The notes under the pieces: model-generated
Seen by the model: the letters and a program-made list of their open reading frames with translations, nothing else
Database searches by the model: none
What the model was told of the DNA's origin: nothing
Part shown: positions 1 through 11,863 of the stretch, one piece after another
Position numbering within the stretch: position 1 is the first letter of the stretch
How the letters are laid out: every line of letters begins with the position of its first letter
Made by a program: the position numbers and the translations under genes
Origin: Utricularia gibba
Taxonomy: Eukaryota; Plantae; Magnoliophyta
Assembly: GCA_002189035.1 (NCBI GenBank)
Contig: NEEC01000010.1
Span: 3,038,001-3,102,000, forward strand
Direction: 5' to 3'
Length of the DNA stretch: 64,000 nt

Positions 1-2306
1 TCTGCGCCAGGATTTTCTAAAACTTCCTTCATATGGCAGGATGGGCGGTGATCGTGATGATAACGTGGGGACTAGATGGGCTGTGCTTATCGCTGGTTCA
101 AGTGGTTACTGGAACTATCGACATCAGGTATTGGGGCTCAAGGAATCTTTTATCTGGAATTTCTACATTTTTTGGTACTTTTTGGTTACTGTTTCTATGC
201 CCTAAATTGTGGGTAGGGTACCTTTGGTCAGCTCGTTTTTGTTTGTTGTTTGTTGTTTGTTTTGCGGAACGTTGGCTGATTTCATTTTATTTTATTTGCT
301 GTAGGTTTGTAGAAGATAGATGCTTTCATATTCCTGAATCCAACGCATCCATTACACTTGCTTTGCAGTTTTTGGCGGAGTGATGAATAATGCTTGTTTT
401 TTTTTTCTTTTTGATCATGTGGTTTTATTGTTTGGTACAGGCTGATGTGTGCCACGCTTATCAAGTGCTGAAAAGAGGTGGTCTTAGAGATGAAAACATA
501 GTCGTTTTTATGTATGATGACATTGCTTATGATGAAGAAAATCCGAGGCAAGGCGTCATCATCAACAGTCCTCAAGGCGAGAACGTCTATACTGGGGTCC
601 CAAAGGTTGTTGACAAAGTTTCGAATTTAGTTAGTAGGAGCATCATTTACTTCATACACTACTGATCTTCCAAGATACAGGATTATGTTGGAATAGATGT
701 TAACGTCCACAACTTCTTTGCTGTTCTTCTTGGGAACAAATCTGCAGTCACTGGAGGTAGCGGGAAGGTCATCGAAAGTGGCCCTGATGACCACATATTT
801 GTGTTCTATACTGATCATGGAGGTCCTGGGGTGCTAGGTTCGTATCTATGAAGCAAGCTTACTTCCTTGAATTTTTCTTTACTCCTGGGATATTATCTAA
901 GACATTCCTGTTATTTTACGTATCAGGGATGCCCACCTATCCCAATCTTTATGCTGATGATCTAGTCAATGTTTTGAAAATGAAGCATGCTTCTGGGACA
1001 TACAAGAGCTTGGTGAGATAACATTTTTGTGGTAATTGACTGTTGCTTTACATTCAATGACACGCTATGCCTGACTTCTCCACTTGGTCGTTCAGGTATT
1101 TTATCTTGAGGCATGTGAATCCGGAAGTGTTTTTGAAGGCCTTCTACCTGAAGGCTTGAATATTTATGCAACCACTGCATCCAATCCTGTAGAGAATAGC
1201 TGGGGTACCTATTGCCCAGGAGATGAGATCAGTCCCCTGCTGAATATGATACCTGTTTGGGCGACCTTTACAGTGTTTCCTGGATGGAAGACAGGTATAG
1301 ATGTGCATGACTGAATAGCTATTTACCCGCCACATGAAATGCCCCATCTACTTATTGTACTAATTAATTTACACATTACACTTCAGTGATCGGCATAATC
1401 TTAAGACTGAAACATTGCGCCAACAGTATCATCTGGTAAGATATAGCTACACAAGTAGTGCTTCCAAGAATTTTGATTAGGATGATGCTTGTTATTTTCT
1501 CTCGCTGAATCTTCACTGAGCAACAAGATTGATGCTGGCATTTGCAGGTCAGAGCACGGACAGCCGAAAGTAATTCTCACTATGGCTCCCATGTGCTGCA
1601 ATATGGCGATCTGAAGCTGAGCGTGGATGAACTTTTCTTGTACATGGGTACAAATCCTGCGAATGATAACGTCACTTTTCATTGGCAGCTGCCTCACAAT
1701 GGCATTAGAAAATCATCAAAAGCTGTTCATCAGCGTGATGCTGATCTCTTGCATTTCTGGGATAAGGTACTTGAACAAATTATCCTCCGCCATCTGCATC
1801 CAAGATTTCTGGTCCTCATGGCGGATTCTCCATGACAATGCTTTTCAGTTTCGTAAGGCGCCAGAAGGCTCCACTAGGAAATCAGAAGCTCAAAAGCAGC
1901 TTATGGATGCTATGGCACACCGGGCTCACATCGACAACAGCATCATGTTCATCGGCAAGCTCATTTTCGGAATCAACAAGGGTCCTGAAGTCCTGAAGAC
2001 CGTTCGGCCTTCCGGACAGCCTCTCGTCGATGACTGGAATTGCCTCAAATCAATGGTAATGCACTCCATTTCTACACCCCCATTCCATTCTCCTGTTGAC
2101 ACGATTCCTCTTCCCTTCCACAGGTTCGAATATTCGAAACACACTGCGGTTCACTTTCGCAATACGGAATGAAGCACACGCGATCAATCGCCAACATATG
2201 CAACGCCGGCGTAACGGAGGAACAGATGGCGGAGGTGTCATCTCAAGCCTGCGCTAGTGTTCCGTCCAACATTTGGAGTTCTACCGCAAGAGGATTCAGT
2301 GCTTGA
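1..2306 (+). CDS. VPE: Vacuolar processing enzyme / legumain (C13 asparaginyl endopeptidase); start lies upstream of the window; one -1 frameshift at 1234-1237
   Basis: Nine exons: <1-127, 441-605, 681-837, 927-1012, 1096-1294, 1387-1435, 1548-1766, 1849-2055, 2124-2306. Motifs: [28 protein letters not shown], catalytic His in YTDHGGPG, catalytic Cys in [34 protein letters not shown]. Adding one C to the C4 run restores [19 protein letters not shown]. Confidence 0.97.
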
Positions 2307-2775
2307 CGTTTGACAGAAGGGGGGCTGTCGTTCTCTCAGAGATAGCACATGTATGTATTTCTATGTATGTATTTCACTCGTATGCTTTATGCCTGATGTT
2401 CAGGTGGAAAAGCTCTCGCCTTGGTTACTGTAAATGAGGTACGTGTTTCGTCATCGCTTGTGATTCGCTTAGTTTGTGCATCGAAGAGAAGTGATGATAA
2501 TCAATGGAAAAGCAGTTCAGAATGAGTGGTATAGTACAAAAAACACGGCAAGCCAAATAATCTGGAGGTAGTAGTAGTAGTAGATATGGTGATCACAAGC
2601 CACAATCCGAAGACGACAGTGATGAATGGTTAACTATAGTACGTACGCTACGGAGGAGGAAATCCATGAAGAGATTCGTAGTAGAATCAGCTAATCACAC
2701 CACACCGGAGAGATCTGCGCGGAAACAAATCAAAGATCATCGCACGCCGGAGCCAGAGAAGCTTGGAGGAGAAGC

Positions 2776-2973
2776 TCAGATCCGGAGAGCATTGAAGAAG
2801 ATGAGCGAAAATAGGGTGGTGACGAGTCCAAGCGCGATTGAAGGAGCGAAAATTCCGGCAGCAGATTCAGGACTCGGAGCAGGCGCTTCCTGAGCCACGG
2901 CGGTGCCGATGAGAGCGAACACAGCAAGAATCGCCGCCACGAACATGAACCCGCCGGCCTGGATCGCCGCCAT
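2776..2973 (-). CDS. Arabinogalactan peptide (AG peptide), predicted GPI-anchored
   Basis: 65-aa single-exon ORF: hydrophobic signal peptide ending TAVA, short QEAPAPSPES glycomodule, then a hydrophobic C-terminal GPI-signal-like tail. Confidence 0.9.
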   Translation of the reverse strand: MAAIQAGGFMFVAAILAVFALIGTAVAQEAPAPSPESAAGIFAPSIALGLVTTLFSLIFFNALRI

Positions 2974-3750
2974 TGTACGTACCTTTAGGGCTTCTCCTTT
3001 TTTACGGGTGGCGAAGGGTTGGAAGGACGTGAATTATGAGGTTTTTGCGGTGTATTTATAGAGGAAACAACGATACGGGCAGATGCTGCCGCGGTGTCCG
3101 GGCAGATTAAGATCCTACAGGCTGGCACATGATACGACGCCGCACCAGCTCTGAGGACATCATCATTTCTTGACCCAACAGCAATTATCCTCTAAACCAA
3201 TCACACCTTGACACGTCTACCTCATTTTTGGCAAAGCCAGTTGTACTTACTTTTGATGGTCTGAGAACCGGCACGTCCATTGATAATTTCATTTTTAAAT
3301 TACTTCCTACTACACAAAATCCAGGATGCTGTAAGAAAGACGTTTTTTTTGTACTTTTTTTTTAAAAAAATATCATTAAGAAAAACAAAAGAGACTTTTC
3401 ATAGTGAGTGTATTCAATGAAGCTCTGCATCTGGTGTGACAAACAAGTCCAAGAAACAACCTGTCGCAAGCACAACACCGGAATCTTCATGATTAAAATG
3501 GGGACCGGACCCGGACCGGACAAGACCGGACCAGTCTTAATGACAACAAACTAGAGTTTTGAAACGGAAGGGGCTACTGGGGGAAGCTATCAAGAAAGCT
3601 TAGCTTGCAGAGACATGGGGACTAGCAGCAGCATCTTGCTTACAGCTTCAATGGCCAAAAGGGAACTGAAACTAATAACCAGCATGTTGTGTATTGGTTC
3701 TAGGCGCCTTGCTTTTTTCACATTGCCAGGTTTATTCCTGCGCATGCTCT

Positions 3751-5051
3751 CTATGCTACTTTGAACTCAGCACGGAGGTTGGAGATCATGACAGGGAACT
3801 GACCATTTTCGTCGTATTCGGAGAAGTCCCCTCCGGACAAGTCAATGTCGATGAACTTGGTTCCTTCAATCTGCACAGGAATAAATGCTCAAGGAGGATT
3901 GCTGGTTCATAACAAGAAAACCTGGAGAAGTGATTTTTTTTTTCCAGAGAATGACGCAAGAGACTCACGGATTCGGCTTCCCAGCCTCCGGAAAACAAGT
4001 AATCAAGGGGCTCGAAGCCTCTGCAGTCGAATAACATTAAAGGGGAAAATTTCCCGTTTTCAGCATGGTCTTGGGTTAAGGGGCGGCCCTTGCCTTGGAT
4101 CATCAGCACAGTGCCATCCCTGGAACAAAATTTACACTGGAAACGGTGGCAAAGGTGAACACAGAATTAAATCAGTGGGATACAGTTAAAGGAGAGAAAA
4201 ATAAAAATGCATCTTATTGCAAAGACAGTTATCGAGTGAACAAAAAAACCAAGGGAATATATCAGAATGCTAATCCAATGTGACACAGCGGATGCGTAAA
4301 AGTATCTGAAGTGAAACTTCGTTGGGGAAGAGTTTCTTTATGTCTATGCATGTAGGTGAAATGAGGGCAGGAACATGGCTTACCTTTTGATTAAGATGAA
4401 CATCTCCTTTTCCTCTTGCCGATGGAACAGTCTCACCCAGACTCACGCATGTCTCTTTCTGGGTAACCTCCCCACAGTTACCACATTTCAGCTGAATGAA
4501 AAAAAAAAAAAAAAACAACACAGCAATTGGTTATGTATTTGCGTCAAAGAAGATACAAGATCAAGCTGGCAACTCTGTGATATCAATAGCATCATGAAAA
4601 ACGAGGTATCGTTGAATGCAGTGCAGCAAAAACACATAACATTAGCCAAAAAAAAATTGTTCCCTAGTTTTATCTGAAGCAATTTAGCTGAAAAAATAAG
4701 ATTAGAGATACTACTTGCAATAGAAGCTCGAACTAGAGAAAACGACAGCCTATTCACACGGCAAAACATGCACCTAAAGTAAACACAACTTTACGCCAAT
4801 CTTATCAAAAGCCCACTAACGAAATGCGCCTAAAAGCTCCAAATTAGCGAGAAATGAGCCAGGATACCGAAAACCAGAGACGATTCACAGTTTTTCAACA
4901 AATCGCTATGACAGCCCTAAAGAAACGATCTTTTAGGGTGGAAAGGTACCTTGAAGCAGAAAGTGAAGTTGGGATCATCGCAGCCGCCCTGAGGCTGAAG
5001 GTAACTGAGATTCTCGAGCTCCGCAGTGATCGTCAGCAAGAAATTCACCAT
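3751..5051 (-). CDS. CXXC-motif zinc-binding protein (DUF866 / C1orf123 homologue)
   Basis: Four GT-AG exons translate as MVNFLLTITAELENLSYLQPQGGCDDPNFTFCFK / LKCGNCGEVTQKETCVSL..HLNQK / CKFCSRDGTVLMIQG..FDCRGFEPLDY / IEGTKFIDIDLSGGDFSEYDE..FKVA*. Two CxxC motifs. Confidence 0.92.
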
Positions 5052-5646
5052 CGCGCAACGCCCCAAATCCAACCTCCTGTCTGATGAAGCTCCGGTTGAA
5101 ATGCAATTAAATTATGTACTAAAATTCACTTTCAATTTCATTCCAAGATTCCTATCTCACTACCCACCAAGCCAAGGTTTCCTAAAACCTGTTAAATCAG
5201 ATAAAAATAAATATTAAAAATTCAATACTAAAATAAAATAAATTATTCATAACCCAAATTAGCGTGTTTCAGAAAAGTAGTGCTTTGAAAATTTTTCTCC
5301 ATTCTCAACACCTTACAGAAAGTGTTTGGGAAATGTAGCTTTTACCAATCTGAGATGAAAGAAGGATGGACCAAAGACTGGTTTCTTCTTGCAGACAGCC
5401 CCCAATAGGGGGAGTTCCTGGGTGCTTTCTGATAATGGTGATCACACAGGAAGCTTGATTCTGGAGAATGGATTTTGAACAAGGCATGCAAAGCAAATGA
5501 TGCGGGAGGTGAGTCATGTGGTTTCGAGCCAACATCTAACCAAGCAGATTGGAACCGACAGCAGGAGGAAATCCCACCCTCGTATTGTAACTTGAAACAT
5601 GGAGCAAAAGTAGCATTCGGGATAAGCAAATTCAGAGAGAAGAGAT

Positions 5647-7231
5647 ATGGAGCTCACATGGATAGCAGCAGCTCTGACGATGCTTTGTGCAGCAGCATTG
5701 ATCAACGGAGAGAGATGGGTCGTTAGGAGCATTCAGGTACTTGTTGAGAAGTTTCATTACTGATGAAGAACGAGGGCCATGTATTTTGTTAATCAGCTTT
5801 TGCCTTCAATTTCAATTGCTAGAGTGGAGATGGACATGTCATAGACTGCATAGACATGTACCGGCAACCTGCTTTTGAGCATCCTGCGTTGAGAGATCAC
5901 AAAATTCAGGTAGAGTTTGAATGAAATGAAGAAATGCTTGCTATTGAAACTAAGAATCACATTCGAACAGCTTAATCCCAGCTATGGACAACGGAAGGAA
6001 ACAGAAGTCTTCGGAGACTCACCAGTGACAGCAACTTCTCAAATCTGGCACAAGAATGGAACTTATCCAGAAGGAACTGTCCCGATTCCGAGGACGAAGA
6101 TAGACAATGCAACAAGAAAGTATCCAACATTTGCACAAGTCAATGACACCAAAATGACAACAAACCTTCTATTGGTCAATCACTTAGTAAGTGTAAAACG
6201 TGCTCACAGCTTTGTTGGATCTATCTTTACACACCAGGATGAAGTTTCTTTGCTATGCTTCAACTTTCAGATGGCTATCCTTATGAGAGCAGGCTATGCA
6301 TATCAAGGAGCTAAGAGAGACAAACGTGTGGAACCCATATGTTGAATTGGATGATGAATTCACTACTTCCCGAGTGGCTGTCAAGAGCGGACCTCGCACT
6401 TATTTTGAAGCTGTAGAGTCAGGATGGACTGTAAGTGGCAAGGTTCACAAATGCATGTTGCATAAGAAAGACAAAACTAGGATTAAGATACTCACAGTTA
6501 CTGTGCTGAATCAAGGTAAATCCCAGGGTTTATGGCGACAGGCAGACTCGTCTATACGTTTACTGGACAGTAAGTAATCTTGCTCAACCTCCTCCACTAT
6601 GGAAGCAAGGGATTTCATGCTTGAATTTTCTGGATTTTGTTCACCAGGTTGATGGCTCGAAGGAAACCGGCTGCTTCGATCTGAAATGCCCCGGTTTCAT
6701 TCAAACAAGCAGCGAAATCGCATTGGGGGGAGCTTTGGCCATAGATCTCCCATCCGAAATCATCGTGTACATTCACAAAGTTAGTCCTCTTCAATCATAA
6801 TCATCACAAAATACTGGATAATCGGTCTTCTAACTGGCCTAAAATCAAAGGACATTTTCACGAACACCTGGTGGGTGCGATACGGGGAAAGAATCAACGT
6901 GGGTTACTGGCCGGGCGATCTTTTTGGGGCGCTGAGTGGGCACGCGGAGATCGCGCAATGGGGTGGCGAAGTTTTCAGCCGGAGAGTGGGAGGAAGGCCG
7001 CACACGGCGACTGGAATGGGGAGCGGGAATTCCCCAATGGGATATTTGGGAACTCCGGCAGCGTGAAGAGAATGAGAGTCTTGGAGAATGACTTGGTATT
7101 GAAGCGGCCGCAGTGGGTGAATACCTTTTTCCGACGAGTATGACTGCTACGACGTCTACTACGTCCATAATTACGTTCCAGAACCTGAGTTTTACTACGG
7201 CGGCCCCGGCCGAAAACCCAGATGCCCATGA
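5647..7231 (+). pseudogene. Neprosin-family glutamic peptidase (DUF4409 propeptide + DUF239), disrupted
   Basis: Signal peptide MELTWIAAALTMLCAAAL; propeptide [29 protein letters not shown] and QIWHKNGTYPEGTVPIPRT; catalytic domain NVWNPYVE..EAVESGW, VNPRVYGDRQTRLYVYW, GCFDLKCPGFIQ, NVGYWP..QWGGEV..FYYGGPG. Lesions: apparent 2-nt loss near 6322, -1 in G run 7025-7027, +1 in T run 7126-7130. Confidence 0.85.
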
Positions 7232-7560
7232 AGATTGTTTTCCATAACTTCGCCAAACAAAATAAAGACTGAGTTCTTGCAAAATTCAGACTTTTCTCAG
7301 AAACTGGGGAGCAGTTAAATATCAGATCTTGTACACGGCGAAGTAAAAGAGACAAGCTTGAACAAATATCACAAACTGTTTTCCACGAGAGAGTGAGGTA
7401 CAAGCACCATGGATCAAGATACCATCAGAGAAAGAAAATGCAGCAAAGGAAGAAGATACGGGTTCACTAATTTCTCTGTTATTCAGGCAGCCTGGGGCAG
7501 TAGACGAAATCTTGGCATAAAAAAATCACCTGCAAAGCAGTGCCACAGGAAGAGGGAGAC

Positions 7561-10500
7561 TCATTTCTGGAAGCTCCCAAATTGGTTTTGATGGTCGTTT
7601 AGGCTGGAGAAAAAGTTGTCAGTTGTTGATCCTGATGCTGAAGCAAACCCTGGTCTACCCATGCCGTAACCAGAGCCCATGGCTGCACCCATGTAAATCG
7701 GAGGCAAAGGTTGTCCCTTTTCAACATCGTTTAATCCAGGGGCGATGCCAACATCTGCTAGGTTCACCTTCTTTGCTGTAATGACAAGTGTAATAAGATT
7801 CTTCAGACATCAAGATTCCGGATGCTGCCGCTTCAAAAAAAGTGGAGTTCAAACGAACACGAGCAATGGGTTCTGACTACTTACGTGCAGTTATGTTCAG
7901 ATCAATTAATCCACGACTCAACGAATCAGCCCATATCCCAGACTTGACTTGAAATGTGTCTTTCTTGGGTGCAGGCGTTGACTTTGTCTGGCTTGGAGGA
8001 TCATCATGCCGAGAATCTTTGTCAGGTTCTGCCGCTGAAGAATATGTATTGGATGCAAATGAACCGAAGGTGTCAGCCTCATCGAAATTGTTCAATGGCA
8101 AAGAGGTGAAAGGATCCACTATGCTGCTAGTTTTATCAGATTCAGGAGCACTGGAGTATGGCTGAGGAACTGGATTTAGAGTGCCGAAAAAGTCAACTGT
8201 TGTTGAAACGACAGGAGTAGCGTGCGAGGAAAATAAATCAACGCTCTGCAAAAAGAGAGTATGAACATTATGGTGAGGACAGGAACACTGCACATTTAAC
8301 ATGGTACACACCGGCTCCACAGAGACATGAGCAAATGCACAAACGAATATAAAAGACACTGCCAAAGCTACGAGAAAAGATGAATTAGCCATGCCATGTG
8401 AGAAGCTTTACCTCAGGAGCAGAATGTTTCTCTACCACTGCTTCAGGTGTTGCGGACACAAAATTGGCATCAGCAAATAAATCAACATCTGACGGATTTT
8501 CCAAAGAAGCAGATTTTCCTATTGGAGCAGCTAAGGGTTCACCAAAGAGATCAATATCTGGGAAAGACGGGCCACTTCGAGAATTTCCAGGCGGCGCTGA
8601 CACCAATCAACAAGAGACACAAGGATATCAGTTTGCAGTAAAGTTGCATATCCATGGGTAAAATATATTATCCAGGTACACTAAAAAAAAAAAGGCATAA
8701 CATTTGCACCAACAAGGAAGCATGAGGCTTAGATCATGCTGAGATCAGAAGTCTAGACGAGAAGAAAATGCAGGAGAAATCATTCAAGCGGTAAAATATT
8801 TCTGGTACGAATCACAAACCATAACTGCTGTCATCAGATAATATTTATGAGCCAAGATTACAAATTAGCAAATTCTTCCGTGTTCTTGCAGAAAGGAAGC
8901 AGAATAGAACTGCTTAATGCATATTTTTCTTTGGTATTTTTTTTTTATGTACGACAATGCTTTCAACAATTTACAACATAATTGAGCCACTTAGAAAAAA
9001 ATCGCTTACTTAATGAGGCAGAGCCTCGAGGATCAAAATCATCTGTATCTTCATCATATTTGCTTCCTAATGCATCTGCTGAAGTAGCTGAAGTGTGTTC
9101 CTGCGGCTTCTTCGAACTCTTCAATTTTCCTGAAACCCCACCCCAGAAGAAGTTTTTTCCCTGCTGCATTATGTTTTTGAAGTTGAGAGCAAGTAAAAAA
9201 AGAAACAGTCAATTCATATTCTCAATATAAATTGATCTCACTCGTACTAATTTTCATCAATCCTCATTAAGTGGTACAAAAAAAATCAAAATATTTTTGA
9301 TGTTGATGTAGGAGTATACTAGGTAATACTACTGACCTTCCATAACGGGGAGTTTCAGTTTTCGGCTTGACTCTCTTTTCATATTTCTCTTCCTCATATT
9401 CATCTGAATCCTTGTAACTATCTCCATACCCTTTGTCACCAAAGCCCCCATACTGGCCACTACTTCGAGAGTTGCTACTACTGAACGACGCTGTTCCAGA
9501 CTTGTACGTAATTCCAGATGATGAAAGCCCAAAGTACCTGAAGCATGGCAGTTAAGCCGAGAAAATGATACCAACAGAAGGGAAGACGCCAAGCCAAAGA
9601 GGCTTCTGACAAATAATCCTGTTTCTCAATGCAAAAGTGCACTTACTTATCACGGTTTGTGGCTGCTTTGTTCCTTACTTCTTGTATTTTGTCTTTGTCA
9701 TTGAGAAGAGATACAATAGTTTCAGCTTTTTTTCGTACATTAATTCCCAAATCCTTCCCACTGGGCTCAACATACTCAAAACTTGCTAGGGACTACAGAA
9801 CCAAACAACTGCTTAGGTATCGGAAGGAAAAAAATAGAGAAAAATACAATCTTTCAGCCATGCAGGTCTTCAAATGGTAGAATTAACTATGAAAGGATTC
9901 AAAAGAAAGACATACTGATATCTGAAAAGTGTGCTCTATGATTTCATCAACAGCACGTTCAGATCCATGGGCCACCAAATACTCAACCACAGTTAATGCC
10001 TAATGAAGAAAAAATACCACCTTCCCTGAATTTACTGTGCCATAGATATAACAAGATGTATATAGGAGAATTGCAAGCAATTACCTTGTACACTAGGCGC
10101 CAATTCTTTCCAGTCTCAGTCAACCTCGTCCAAAGAACATTCATAATCATCTGGCATTCCGAGCTGTGACACGCAAGGCAACTAAGTTCATACAAAAGAA
10201 AGACTCAAAAAAGACCAATTTGGCGAAAAAAATGAAAGTACAATTTTTTTGTGGCCTGTGCTATCTCTGCCAGTGCTGTGCCATGAGGACCCCAAGGCTC
10301 TTCATCTGTGGCATCCAGCACCTGAAGTTCGCAAGGAAAAAAATCACATAAAAGGCTGCAACCCGATAAAATTAAACTGCTCGGACTTTCTAAAGTCTAT
10401 TTGCGTGAGCAATACTCACTGTGAAAGTTACAGAAAAAAATTCTATGGAATTTTTGGCAAAACATACTATCTGCATTAATCAATTCATCCGATTCACAAG

Positions 10501-10860
10501 ATTTAGCGTCCTTGGGCCACAGGATCAAAAACACATCGTAACAAACATACAAACGCATCCCCTTGTTAGTTTGTTAAATCAAGTCATAACTCTAAGCCCA
10601 AAACAAACACCTTGAAGTCAAATAAATAACCAAGAAGAATTTCAGCTCACACCTATAACTCAAATCAATTTACCTTCTGCTCGATCTCCGGGATTTTGAG
10701 CACCTTCAAATTCACCTCTCTTTTCCTGCATTTTCATCGACAACAGAAGCTCCTCCGTGATCCAATACCAAAACTGACGAATAAAAAAAATAACAAAACA
10801 AGGATATCGAAAGACATACAGGTCACGGACAGTCTGCTCGAAGACCTTCACAAGATCCAT
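7561..10860 (-). CDS. EPSIN1: ENTH-domain clathrin interactor, EPSIN1-like; probable -1 frameshift at 9136-9144
   Basis: [78 protein letters not shown] (ENTH domain). The tail has DDFDPRG, DLF motifs, [17 protein letters not shown] and G/M-rich GAAMGSG. About ten GT-AG exons. Confidence 0.95.
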
Positions 10861-11863
10861 CACGGATCGGATGACGAACGAAAATAGACTCAAACGAAAG
10901 CCTTCAGCGATCCGGATTGCAGATTTCAACTGCAATATATTTTACCAATCACAGAAAACAAAACCCAAAAAAAAAAAAAAACAATTCTTAGATGAAGTTG
11001 GGGTCAAATGCAAAAACAAAAATGAAGAAGGACCACAAAATGAAAACTTGATTGCAATATACAAATCTTCAGGTGGCTGAAGTGAAGGCTAGAAATTCTA
11101 TAGGGGCCATAAAAGAAATTCAGCGCAACGAAATTAATAAAAATTCCAACCGTACATAATCGGCCCGACCGGATTCCTATGGACTTGATCTCTGGTCGCC
11201 CGGTTCAGTGAATCCACACAGTTATCAACTCAATTGCAACCAAGATTAAGCTTCCGGCCGTACCTGAGCATCATATCGATTTCTAAACCCGGTCCAGTGG
11301 TTCGAACCGGTATTACATATACATATTAAATATGTAAATAATATCTTTTTATTTATTTTTGTTGGCCATATCGTTTGAAGGCCTTCAAAGCATTCATTAT
11401 TCACAGCATATACACTTCATGCAATCATTTGCTTACTACAAAGTATTCCCAGATACATTTATAGTAGTACATGGAGACACATGAAAGAGTGGAAAGTCCC
11501 ACAGTGAAAGTATGGAACAGCTGCTCAAGCCAGAGATATCAGAAGCTGGAAAACATGGCGTCAAGGTGAGTGAAATCGAAGAAGGATGAAGCAAAGAAAA
11601 GGAAAATAGTGTAGGGTGGAGGAGATTACCAAGGAAACTCAGTTTGCTTGAGTAAAGAGATTACTTGCTTCGAGTTCTTGGTCAAAAAGCTTCTGGTTCA
11701 GGTTGATTTCGCAGCCAGGCGGCAACCCTTTGCTTCTGTGTATCTGCTTCCTTGTCGACCCTTAGCTTCTCAAGGGATGTTCGGCTTGTCAGCTGCTCAA
11801 ACCGGGTTTGCTAGCAGCCCCTTGTTTCTGTGTATGCTTCCTTCTCAACATATGTTCGAGTTA

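Noticed and set aside
11288-11311. tRNA T-loop-like GGTTCGAACC
   Set aside because: No cloverleaf or A box; it sits in an ACCGG/CCGGT-rich patch more typical of hAT/MITE remnants.
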